Below, piece by piece: positions 26,027 to 33,968 of a DNA stretch of 57,608 nt (positions within the stretch are counted from its first letter, which is position 1; each line of letters begins with the position of its first letter). The notes beneath the pieces are model-generated. The model was not told the DNA's origin. It did not search any database and saw only the letters and a list, made by a program, of their open reading frames with translations. The translations under genes were made by a program, and so were the position numbers. Origin of the DNA: an uncultured Candidatus Saccharibacteria bacterium (GTDB lineage: Bacteria; Patescibacteriota; Minisyncoccia; Phycocordibacterales; UBA10002); assembly GCA_964373775.1 (NCBI GenBank), contig CAYJWA010000001.1, forward strand, positions 1 to 57,608, read 5' to 3'.

Positions 26027-26949
26027 TGAAAACTCTTGCGCTAATCGGTGTCGGCAAATGGGGTAAGAATATAGTTTCAACTTTGGAAACAATTCCCGAC
26101 GCCAATTTAAAATATCTATCCGCTCGCGACCTAGAATCGCTGTCTTCGTATGGAGAGAAACATGAAAAGGTATCTGACTGGCATGTACTTCTAAAAAAGA
26201 AAGATCTTGATGCGGTACTCATCGCTACCCCTCCCTCCCCGCACTGCATGCTCATAGAATCAGCCCTCAAAGCCGGCAAGCATGTTTTTGTGGAGAAACC
26301 GATGGTGCTTTCTTCGGATGAGGCAAAACGAATTCAAAAGCTCGTTGCTTCAACGGGGAACGTTTTCATGGTGGGCTATCAGTACCTCTTTAACGACAAT
26401 ATACGCTACATAAAAAAGGAAATTGAGAAGGGAACACTTGGGAAGATTCTCTCCGTTAAGAGCGAACATATCGTAAGTCCCTCGCGCCCAGATGTGAACA
26501 TCTTCTGGGATGCCGGACCACACCCGCTCTCGGTGTTTCAATATTTATTCAATCCTCAAAATTTGATTTCCGCCGAAGGAAGCATCAAACATGACAGAGC
26601 TTCCATACAACTAAAATTTTCCGCCAGAGGCGGATCCGCCTCTGGCGGAGAAAACGCTTCGTCACTCGAAATTATCGCCGCTTGTTTCGGGCAAACCAAA
26701 GTTAGAAAACTGACCGTTACGGGGGAAAAAGCGACTGCGGTCTTGGACGAAACTTTGGAAAGAAATAAACTCGCTATTCTCAAAGACGGAACCGTCTGTT
26801 ACCCGGAAATTGATTCAAGAGAATCGCTTCGAAACGAACTGGAACATTTCATCCGTTGCATTCAAACCGGCTCGACACCGCTCACTGATATTCATTTCGG
26901 CTGTCGGATAACCGAGTGGCTTGAAACCATTTCAAAGCTACTTACATAG
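26026..26949 (+). CDS. Gfo/Idh/MocA-family oxidoreductase carrying an in-frame palindromic insert
   Basis: MKTLALIGVGKWGKN (Rossmann fold) and HVFVEKPM. The start overlaps the upstream stop (TAATG). Residues SARGGSASGGE are encoded by the palindrome at 26617..26654. Confidence 0.7.
   Translation: MKTLALIGVGKWGKNIVSTLETIPDANLKYLSARDLESLSSYGEKHEKVSDWHVLLKKKDLDAVLIATPPSPHCMLIESALKAGKHVFVEKPMVLSSDEAKRIQKLVASTGNVFMVGYQYLFNDNIRYIKKEIEKGTLGKILSVKSEHIVSPSRPDVNIFWDAGPHPLSVFQYLFNPQNLISAEGSIKHDRASIQLKFSARGGSASGGENASSLEIIAACFGQTKVRKLTVTGEKATAVLDETLERNKLAILKDGTVCYPEIDSRESLRNELEHFIRCIQTGSTPLTDIHFGCRITEWLETISKLLT
26617..26654. repeat. 38-nt GC-rich palindromic element, copy 1 (inside a CDS, in frame)
   Basis: ttttCCGCCAGAGGCGGATCCGCCTCTGGCGGagaaaa. 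The core at 26621..26648 is a perfect 28-nt palindrome. A second copy lies at 28500..28546. Confidence 0.85.
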
Positions 26950-26993
26950 GGTTACCCTTGTATTTTAAGTGAACAAGCCGGGCATAAAAATCC

Positions 26994-27022
26994 TTGACAT
27001 CTTGTTGCTAGTATGATAGACT
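26994..27022 (+). promoter_or_regulatory. sigma70-like promoter TTGACA-17-(TGa)TAGACT
   Basis: TTGACA at 26994..26999, a 17-nt spacer ending in tga, and TAGACT at 27017..27022. Confidence 0.4.
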
Positions 27023-27114
27023 ACGGACAGTGAAGTTCACAATCCAAAAATCAAATAAGACCTAAGAAAAAGCTCAATACAGACACGGAAACGGGTACAG
27101 AAAGTTTCTGTAAG

Positions 27115-27651
27115 TTGCTAAGTACGCCGCCGAGAAGAGACAGGGGATTCGTCAAGGAACGCAGGTTTGAAAAAGTTTCCACTGCCCATTTGCTGGCAGT
27201 GTTGCTTCCTCCACTCGACGAAATCAAAGACGAGCTCGAGGCCCGCGGTCCAGAAATTGTTTGGAAAGTTATTGCAAGACTGAGACGTTTCCAGGACACA
27301 CAGTATGGCTATTACCCTTGGAGCGTCAAGAAAGATTATTGGGAGGTTTTTCTGCTCCTCTCGGTGATTCTGGAAAATGCCCGACCAAAACACGCCAGGA
27401 CACTTGCGGGAATGCTCTCCTGGGAAAGCATGGTCGGTATGAGTTATGGTGGAATGATCGTGGAAACACTCGAAAAGATCGGCAACAGTTCGGTTGTTCG
27501 TCTACTCAGGGAACATCGAAGAATGCTCAAGGCATTCTATCGGAAAAACCCTTCCAGTGATCGTGAGTCAGAGAAAGAGACACCGACTGCGAGATCATAT
27601 CGTTTGAAGGGTATCAAAAGGGCCATTAAGGCCTGTGATCAAAGAGAATGA
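27115..27651 (+). CDS. hypothetical protein
   Basis: The only long ORF between the promoter at 26994 and the terminator at 27717. It has a TTG start, no SD and no recognisable motif. Confidence 0.35.
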   Translation: MLSTPPRRDRGFVKERRFEKVSTAHLLAVLLPPLDEIKDELEARGPEIVWKVIARLRRFQDTQYGYYPWSVKKDYWEVFLLLSVILENARPKHARTLAGMLSWESMVGMSYGGMIVETLEKIGNSSVVRLLREHRRMLKAFYRKNPSSDRESEKETPTARSYRLKGIKRAIKACDQRE

Positions 27652-27716
27652 AAAACGAAACCGTCTGCCTAGGTCTTTCTGGTAGCAAAGCGCTGATCCT
27701 TCGAAGCCATAGCGAG

Positions 27717-27760
27717 CCGGTAGTTTTGCCAACGTTTAGAAGCAAAACTACCGGTTTTTT
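27717..27760 (+). terminator. rho-independent terminator
   Basis: ccggtagttttgc (27717..27729) pairs with gcaaaactaccgg (27742..27754), followed by TTTTTT. Confidence 0.8.
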
Positions 27761-27798
27761 ATAAACCAAGAATCGAAAAAATTGTACTAAATAGAAAA

Positions 27799-27821
27799 GG
27801 GCCGTGAACTGGTCACGGCCC
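27799..27821 (-). terminator. rho-independent terminator for the minus-strand cupin gene
   Basis: gggccgtga-actgg-tcacggccc, followed on the minus strand by TTTTCTATTT. Confidence 0.7.
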
Positions 27822-27865
27822 TGCGAAAACTGAAAAGAGAAACTATTTTACTATTGATGCCGCGT

Positions 27866-28252
27866 TCATTCCCGGCACTCCGGCACTGAAGGCCAACGCA
27901 CGGTCATACCAAATGATGGCGCTTCGATAACCCGGACTTGCTTTTTGCAACCTGGCGGAAGGATAACATAGTCCCGGTTGGAGCCCTTGAGTTCAATAGC
28001 CTGGGGAACAAAAGCACCATTCCCGTCGGGGACTTCAAGCATGAGCCTAAGCGTACCCTTTTCCACTATGATGAACTCGGTACCCCCGAACTCTTTCTGC
28101 CCGTAGTTCGGCTGGCTATCGTAGTGCCAGATTTTAATCTCTAAGTCTTTGCTGTTGCCGAGACCTTCCGGGATAAAGTACCCCACCACCCATCCTTTTC
28201 TTGCCGATGCGGCTGCGTCTGCCGCGTTTCCAACGATAATTTCCTGAAGCAC
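27866..28252 (-). CDS. cupin-fold protein (unknown function), monocistronic
   Basis: 128 aa with a beta-barrel-like pattern (GTEFIIVEKGTLRLMLE...YVILPPG). GTG start, with GGAGG 4 nt upstream. It has its own promoter and terminator. Confidence 0.5.
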   Translation of the reverse strand: MLQEIIVGNAADAAASARKGWVVGYFIPEGLGNSKDLEIKIWHYDSQPNYGQKEFGGTEFIIVEKGTLRLMLEVPDGNGAFVPQAIELKGSNRDYVILPPGCKKQVRVIEAPSFGMTVRWPSVPECRE

Positions 28253-28280
28253 GAGACCTCCATGGCTGAGATTAGACGAT

Positions 28281-28317
28281 GATCAGCGAAAATGTTCCCA
28301 AGGAACGTTTATTGATC
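28281..28317 (-). promoter_or_regulatory. 37-nt palindrome at the predicted start of the cupin transcript (operator or 5'-UTR hairpin)
   Basis: gatcagcgaaaatgttcc-caa-ggaacgtttattgatc. The outer pairing is gatca/tgatc and the inner stem is 9 bp with one G.T pair. Confidence 0.45.
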
Positions 28318-28324
28318 TCCCTAC

Positions 28325-28352
28325 ATTATACACATATTTGCTAGCCTGTCAA
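28325..28352 (-). promoter_or_regulatory. consensus sigma70 promoter TTGACA-16-TATAAT (minus strand)
   Basis: The reverse complement of 28347..28352 is TTGACA, and the reverse complement of 28325..28330 is TATAAT. Confidence 0.6.
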
Positions 28353-28364
28353 GCTTTCGTGCGG

Positions 28365-28582
28365 TAACTATCCACACCTCTTAATTCTCCCTTTACTAAA
28401 GGGAGTGGCCATAGGCCGAGGGATTTTTCTGATTCATAATAAATACTCTCTATGGGCGAGCTCGCCCCGAGCTTTAGCCGCCCTCGAAGACTCGGGCACC
28501 TCCTTTTCCGCCGAAGGCGGATCCGCCTTTGGCGGAAGAAAAGGAGGAATTAAGCCATTTTTCGGGAGGTGTGGACACTTAC
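28365..28582. mobile_element. MITE-like element (16-bp TIRs, 9-bp TSD) carrying palindrome copy 2
   Basis: TIR taactatccacacctc (28365..28380) matches gaggtgtggacactta (28566..28581) at 14/16. Direct repeats TTCGTGCGG lie at 28356..28364 and 28583..28591. Confidence 0.7.
28500..28546. repeat. GC-rich palindromic element, copy 2 (intergenic, nested in the MITE)
   Basis: ctccttttCCGCCGAAGGCGGATCCGCCTTTGGCGGaagaaaaggag. The core at 28508..28535 differs from copy 1 by paired substitutions. Confidence 0.85.
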
Positions 28583-28756
28583 TTCGTGCGGGGAAACGAT
28601 TCGTATTCTCATTCGCCTTTTTCCTTTATTATTTTTCTTCATAACGCTTAATTTTACCTTAAGCGTTGCATTTCATTGTTGAACTAGCCGTAGTCTCGTG
28701 TACGCTTTGGAGTACGTGTGATATGCTAGAAAACGTTTTTATAATATCCAAGGGAC

Positions 28757-30496
28757 ATGTCACACAGCGAACGTATCGCTTATTTTATTCACGAACATAA
28801 ATCGGCACTTTTAAGCGCGCTTGTTGCCGCGGTGGTGGTCTTTCTGCCCGCGTTCCTCTATCCGTTCATGGCGGATTCCTATAAAGGAATCAATGTCGGC
28901 AATTTTGGCGTTGATGAGTTTCATTATCTTTCCATGGGGAAGGAATTGTTAGAAGGGAATGGTTTGGGAAATTTGTTTTTGCGTGAAGGTAAAGATCAAG
29001 GTAACCCCGAGCAGAAATATACTCCGTATCTTGTGCTTCCCGTCAAATGGTTCGGGTTGGAGGATACCATCACGATTGTTACCTTGACCACTGTCTACGG
29101 AATGATTGGCGTCTTTATATTAGTGCTCCTCATTTATTTGTTCGCGTTGCAACTCTCTCACGATAAGCAACTTTCTCTTATCTCTGCGCTTTTTGTTGTG
29201 CTCGGCTATAATTTTCTGACGAACTATCTTCCATTTTATTTTGTTAACCTTTATTCGCGTCCTCTTATCCCGCTAACGCCTGCGCTCGGAGTATTCCTAT
29301 ATTTGAATTTATTATTGAAGAGCTTACAGAGTCCAAAGCGAAGATATGTATGGTTGGCCGGCATTGCTTTCGGGTTGTCATTTTATATTTATTTTTATGC
29401 GTGGACCTTTATCTCGGTAGTATCGGTTATTCTTTCTGCGTTTTATTTCTTTATTAAAAAAGAAACCGAGCAGTGCAAAAAAATACTTCAGATAACACTT
29501 ATTGGTTTTCTTCTGGGTTCCGTTGAACTCTTCCTTTTGTTTTCATTTTCCGCTACCGATATGGGCAAACAGATTTTGCTGTATGGGGGAGGGACATTAA
29601 CCAATGTTTTTACTATCGTGAAGATTTCATGGTTCGCGCTTATGTTCTCTCTTGTTTATTGGTATTGGCATCGAGACGACCCGAATATACCGATTATGCT
29701 CGCGCTTATTCTTTCCGGCATTGTGGCTATTAACCAGGGGGTTATCACAGGAAGAGAATTTCAACGGTTTCACTATTTCTGGTATTTCATCTTGCCAACG
29801 GTCACCGTTTTTGGGTTGTATATGACATGGAAGATTATCCAATCGGAGAAACTTCGGAAATTGCTGTTCTATTTTATTTTTACAGCGGCGTTTGTTAACG
29901 GCGCCGTTCAATCATACATAGGAACTCTTACCACACTCCCTATGAAAAACCACATGCAGTACTATCAGCCGATTATAGAGTACCTTAATCGAGAAGAAAG
30001 CCCAGCGGTTATTCTAGGGTCCGATCAGTTTAACGAAGGATTGTTTACAACCTACACCAAACACGATTTATTTTGGCAACACCAAGCGTTGGTGTATAAC
30101 ACCTCCATCTTTACGCTTCGCGACGCTCTGTTCGTGTACCTCTATTTGAATAGAGAATCGCGTGATGACATTCTCGCGTTTGTGCGAGATTCAACGACAC
30201 CAAATAATGATTATAAAGATCTGTATACCCAACTCCGAAGATATTACACGGATCCAACTTCCCCTGGAAAAGAGCGACTTTCCGTAAAAGAGTTTGATGA
30301 GAGAATCGTATTTGACTATAATGTGTTCAGACAAAATCCGGACAATGTTAAAGATGTGTTGCGAGCGCACGGGGTAAACTATGTGGTATGGGATAAAAGT
30401 GTAAATCCAGAGTGGGACCTTTCTCCTATATCAGGTCTTACGACACTTGTTTCCAGCAATGATATTTATCTATATTCCATAGAGTATGGAAATTAA
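28757..30496 (+). CDS. large polytopic membrane protein, putative GT-C-fold glycosyltransferase
   Basis: A paralog of 21063..22751 along its whole length (NVGNFGVDEFHYLSMGKELLEGNGLGN ... VVWDKSVNPEWDL). Confidence 0.55.
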   Translation: MSHSERIAYFIHEHKSALLSALVAAVVVFLPAFLYPFMADSYKGINVGNFGVDEFHYLSMGKELLEGNGLGNLFLREGKDQGNPEQKYTPYLVLPVKWFGLEDTITIVTLTTVYGMIGVFILVLLIYLFALQLSHDKQLSLISALFVVLGYNFLTNYLPFYFVNLYSRPLIPLTPALGVFLYLNLLLKSLQSPKRRYVWLAGIAFGLSFYIYFYAWTFISVVSVILSAFYFFIKKETEQCKKILQITLIGFLLGSVELFLLFSFSATDMGKQILLYGGGTLTNVFTIVKISWFALMFSLVYWYWHRDDPNIPIMLALILSGIVAINQGVITGREFQRFHYFWYFILPTVTVFGLYMTWKIIQSEKLRKLLFYFIFTAAFVNGAVQSYIGTLTTLPMKNHMQYYQPIIEYLNREESPAVILGSDQFNEGLFTTYTKHDLFWQHQALVYNTSIFTLRDALFVYLYLNRESRDDILAFVRDSTTPNNDYKDLYTQLRRYYTDPTSPGKERLSVKEFDERIVFDYNVFRQNPDNVKDVLRAHGVNYVVWDKSVNPEWDLSPISGLTTLVSSNDIYLYSIEYGN

Positions 30497-31208
30497 GACA
30501 TACAATGATTTGGATGTCTTTGAGGAAACACATTGGTGGTATATAGGGAGGTATCGTATTATTGAAAGCTTTTTACAAAGATATTCTTTCAAAATAGGGC
30601 GAGTTCTTGATATCGGAGCTGGAACCGGCTACAACACACTTCTCTTGGGGCGCTACGTTCGGGAAGTATATGCTCTTGAACCAGCCGAGGCTGCAATTAA
30701 ACTATTTAAAAACAAGCAGGTAACTGTTTTTCAAAGCGATCTTACTTCGTTTGTTCCTCCTTTCCAGTTTGACTTGGCCACCCTTTTTGACGTATTAGAA
30801 CATATCAAAGACGATACTACCGCTCTGATTCGGATTAGAAGTTTCCTTTCTAGCAACGGGAAGGTTATTATTACAGTTCCCGCTTTACCGATATTGTGGA
30901 GCGCCCACGATAAAGTCCATCATCATTTTAGGAGGTATACGAAACGGACATTAAAAGAAGTCGTTGAAAAGGCAGGTTTTTCGATCGTTCGAATGACCTA
31001 TTTCAATTTTTATCTTTTTCCTATTATTTTAATTGTCAGGATTTTAGGAAGAGTGTTTCCCCAAAAACAGGACTCCGATTTCAGGCATCTCCCTAAACTC
31101 ATCAATACATTTCTTGCCTCAGTGTTTGGTTCCGAACGATATCTACTTCAGTTTCTGGATATCCCGCTTGGCGTGTCACTTGTATGCGTTTTAGAAAAAG
31201 CCGAATAA
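30486..31208 (+). CDS. class I SAM-dependent methyltransferase
   Basis: VLDIGAGTGYNT and FDVLEHIKDD. It overlaps the upstream gene by 11 nt. Confidence 0.65.
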   Translation: MEIKTYNDLDVFEETHWWYIGRYRIIESFLQRYSFKIGRVLDIGAGTGYNTLLLGRYVREVYALEPAEAAIKLFKNKQVTVFQSDLTSFVPPFQFDLATLFDVLEHIKDDTTALIRIRSFLSSNGKVIITVPALPILWSAHDKVHHHFRRYTKRTLKEVVEKAGFSIVRMTYFNFYLFPIILIVRILGRVFPQKQDSDFRHLPKLINTFLASVFGSERYLLQFLDIPLGVSLVCVLEKAE

Positions 31209-31211
31209 TTC

Positions 31212-32093
31212 TCACAACGTTGCTTTTTCGTTTTTGACACACCATATATTGAAAAACTCACTGGCGTGTGAGCCGTCCTTGGGTTTTGGTAGCAACGCGT
31301 CAAACTTAGTGTTTCGGACCGGCGAAAGCCTGGTAAGACCGTTTTGAGTTACTGCGGAAATCTCAAATCCGTGCCGTTCAATACTTTGTAGAAACGCGAG
31401 CGGAGTGCTTCCGGCCGCTTCTATCCACGCCGGCGCGAATTCCGTGACAAGAATCTTTGCGCTAGCGAGCGTTCGTGTCATTCCGCGAAGCGCAGATACC
31501 TCTCCGCCTTCAATATCCATTTTTATGATATCGACGCGCTGGATGTGTTTTTGTTCGCGCCACGAATCAAGCGTTGTAGAGATTACCGTAATCTTTTTCT
31601 TAGCAAAATTAAGCGGCACATTCGGAAGGGTGCTGTGCGCTCCGCTTTTGTCGTCATAGTGATAAAAATCAATGACGCCGCCCCTATCTGTAAGCGCAAG
31701 TTGTTCGCGGCACACATTACCGCGTCCTCGCGTATTCTGTTCAAGTAACGCATAGTTTGTCGGGTCAGCCTCAAATGCGTACACGCAACCGCGCTTCCCG
31801 ACTAGAGCGGAAAAAAGGCGAGTGAAATACCCGATGTGCGCTCCTATATCAACGACTACCATTCCTGGTTTTAGAATTTTTTTGAAGAGCGCGCACGTAT
31901 CTTTTTCGTACATTCCGAAAAGCATATCCAGTTTCCACCGGCGGATATAGTTTGTCGGGAACGAAAAACATTTTGCGAGGGCAATAAGTTTTGTCAGAAA
32001 ATCAAGAATCGCGTAAATACCTCGGTCAAGCCAAGGAGCGTGTACCCATGTTCTATATAACTTCCGGAGTGCGGTTATCATATGCGTAAACAT
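31212..32093 (-). CDS. FkbM-family methyltransferase
   Basis: VVVDIGAHIGYFT, AFEADPTNYALLEQN and IIKMDIEGGE. Confidence 0.65.
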   Translation of the reverse strand: MFTHMITALRKLYRTWVHAPWLDRGIYAILDFLTKLIALAKCFSFPTNYIRRWKLDMLFGMYEKDTCALFKKILKPGMVVVDIGAHIGYFTRLFSALVGKRGCVYAFEADPTNYALLEQNTRGRGNVCREQLALTDRGGVIDFYHYDDKSGAHSTLPNVPLNFAKKKITVISTTLDSWREQKHIQRVDIIKMDIEGGEVSALRGMTRTLASAKILVTEFAPAWIEAAGSTPLAFLQSIERHGFEISAVTQNGLTRLSPVRNTKFDALLPKPKDGSHASEFFNIWCVKNEKATL

Positions 32094-32149
32094 TGATATA
32101 TAAAGTATACCGCATAACTTTGCGTTAATACTCTAGTTATTTATACTAT

Positions 32150-32371
32150 TAGGACTTACGCACTTTCTCGTTTTCCGGTGTCATTCTAGTGAAAACTGGA
32201 ATCGAGAGTATGCAGTATAGTCCTGGATCCCCGCCTCCGCGGTTGAGAAGCGAAACCTCCCGCTTCGCAAGACTTTTTGAGATAATTTCCGAATTATCCA
32301 AAAGGTGGACAGTTCCTGTATGGAATGATAGAGGAAGAATACACGAAATATGCTAAAATGCGTAAGTCCTG
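32150..32371. mobile_element. MITE-like element, family with TAGGACTTACGCACTT termini (copy 1)
   Basis: The left end is taggacttacgcactt and the right end is aaatgcgtaagtcctg. It is flanked by 5-bp direct repeats ACTAT at 32145..32149 and 32372..32376. Confidence 0.65.
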
Positions 32372-32419
32372 ACTATAACTGTTACTCGAGGATTTTTAAA
32401 TGTTTTTGATGCCGTCACC

Positions 32420-33946
32420 ATGAAAGGATGTTTTTATCTGCAGCGTCAATTTGCCTATATTGGGCACACGATGATTTCCTTACTTAAGGAGCGTCATAAC
32501 ATAAACGACTTTTGCGGGTATGTGTTGCTTCGCTCAAGTTTTCAATTTCTGCGGAACCAAAAAGAAGTTTCTTATACTTCCTTGCTTCTTGAAGATGATA
32601 TTCTTGCGCAGTATAAAAATGAAAAAATAGATTATACCTACTTATCGTATCTTGAAAAAGAGTATGGCATCCCTAACCTATGGCCGTTTATCATTCCTGA
32701 CAGAGTGATTCGGTACAATCTTTATCTTCGCGCGTATCCTCATGATGTGTCAGTCTATACGCATGAAGATATGATAAAGATGTTGCAGGTCACCGCTCGC
32801 GCAATCATTGAATTCTTTGAAAAGGAAAATCCCGATTTCATTGTTTTTTCTGTCGTTGGAAATTTGAGCAGCATGCTTTTGTACCACATCGCAAAGAAGA
32901 AAGGCATAAGAACATTTATTATTGAAGGGCCAAGGATCGGTATAAGATATTTCTTCACTGAACGGTATGACCGTTCAACATTCCTTGAGCAGCGGCTCAA
33001 AGAGATGCAAAAGATCACTCCGTCGGAGAACAAGCCATGTTTTGCGGAGGCGCGGAAATTTTTGTCTGATTTCCAGAGCGCTCCGCGTTATTTCCTGCAA
33101 GGGGCAAGCATTGCAGAGGTTGTCACAACAAATTTTGATGTGCGACGACTCCGTTATTTCAAATTTTTGCTACCTCATAATCTCTTTCGTTCAATGCGAT
33201 GGACAGTTCATGCGGTTCTTCAGTATCTGTGCAATACGAACAAAGATGATTACATCATCATGAAGCCGTGGCACGAACTCATAGACAAAGTCACGAGAAA
33301 GGTGAGAATCCTCCGGGGTTATGGAGATCTCTATGATAAGCCTGTTTCCGGAGAAGATTTTGCCTATTTCGCGCTTCATACAGAGCCAGAGGCGTATCCG
33401 ATGGTTTTGGCGCCTTTTTATATTGACCAGCTCTGGCTCGCGAAGCAAATTGCACGCTCGCTTCCGCTATCGTACAAATTGTATGTGAAGGACCACCCAG
33501 TTATGATGGGTCTTCGGACTCGCGGATACTACAAGGAATTAAAAAAGATTCCAAATATCCGTTTGATTAACCCTGCGGTGTCCAGTTTGGAGCTGATTCA
33601 AAAAGGGAAACTCACTCTCACTATTACCGGAACGACAGGGTGGGAAGCGGCGCTGCTCAAAAAGCCAGTTATTATCTTTGGTAATATGTATTATGATACA
33701 CTGGCTGGAGTTAAAAAATGTCTTAATATTCAGGATTTGCCATTTCTCATAAAGCAGCAATTGGAATCATTTTTTTATGACGAAGAAGAACTTCTTGATT
33801 TGATTGCGTCTGCAATTGAGGAAAGTGTTGATGTTGACTTCATACAAATGTGGGATATTGAGGGAGGGGTAGAGTTTAAGAAAAATAGAGAACGGTTGAT
33901 ACCCTTTGTTGATTTGCTGGCAAAAAAGCTCTCAAATAAAAGATAA
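32420..33946 (+). CDS. capsule polysaccharide biosynthesis protein (KpsS/KpsC Capsule_synth-like)
   Basis: FALHTEPEAYPMVLAPFYIDQLWLAKQIARSLP...LYVKDHP and TITGTTGWEAALLKKPVIIFG resemble the capsule_synth family. Confidence 0.5.
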   Translation: MKGCFYLQRQFAYIGHTMISLLKERHNINDFCGYVLLRSSFQFLRNQKEVSYTSLLLEDDILAQYKNEKIDYTYLSYLEKEYGIPNLWPFIIPDRVIRYNLYLRAYPHDVSVYTHEDMIKMLQVTARAIIEFFEKENPDFIVFSVVGNLSSMLLYHIAKKKGIRTFIIEGPRIGIRYFFTERYDRSTFLEQRLKEMQKITPSENKPCFAEARKFLSDFQSAPRYFLQGASIAEVVTTNFDVRRLRYFKFLLPHNLFRSMRWTVHAVLQYLCNTNKDDYIIMKPWHELIDKVTRKVRILRGYGDLYDKPVSGEDFAYFALHTEPEAYPMVLAPFYIDQLWLAKQIARSLPLSYKLYVKDHPVMMGLRTRGYYKELKKIPNIRLINPAVSSLELIQKGKLTLTITGTTGWEAALLKKPVIIFGNMYYDTLAGVKKCLNIQDLPFLIKQQLESFFYDEEELLDLIASAIEESVDVDFIQMWDIEGGVEFKKNRERLIPFVDLLAKKLSNKR

Positions 33947-33968
33947 AGAAAGGTAGGATAACTAACAC

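Noticed and set aside
28450-28551. 33-codon highly basic ORF (MGELAPSFSRPRRLGHLLFRRRRIRLWRKKRRN) starting at the ATG of the shared 16-mer
   Set aside because: The basic run is encoded by the GC palindrome itself, and nothing else supports translation.
28405-28644. 79-aa ORF spanning the MITE and palindrome copy 2. It reads the palindrome in the same frame (SAEGGSAFGG) as the oxidoreductase insert (SARGGSASGG).
   Set aside because: It lies entirely within repeat and hairpin sequence, is low in complexity, and has no SD or promoter. The shared frame is most simply a consequence of the palindrome sequence.
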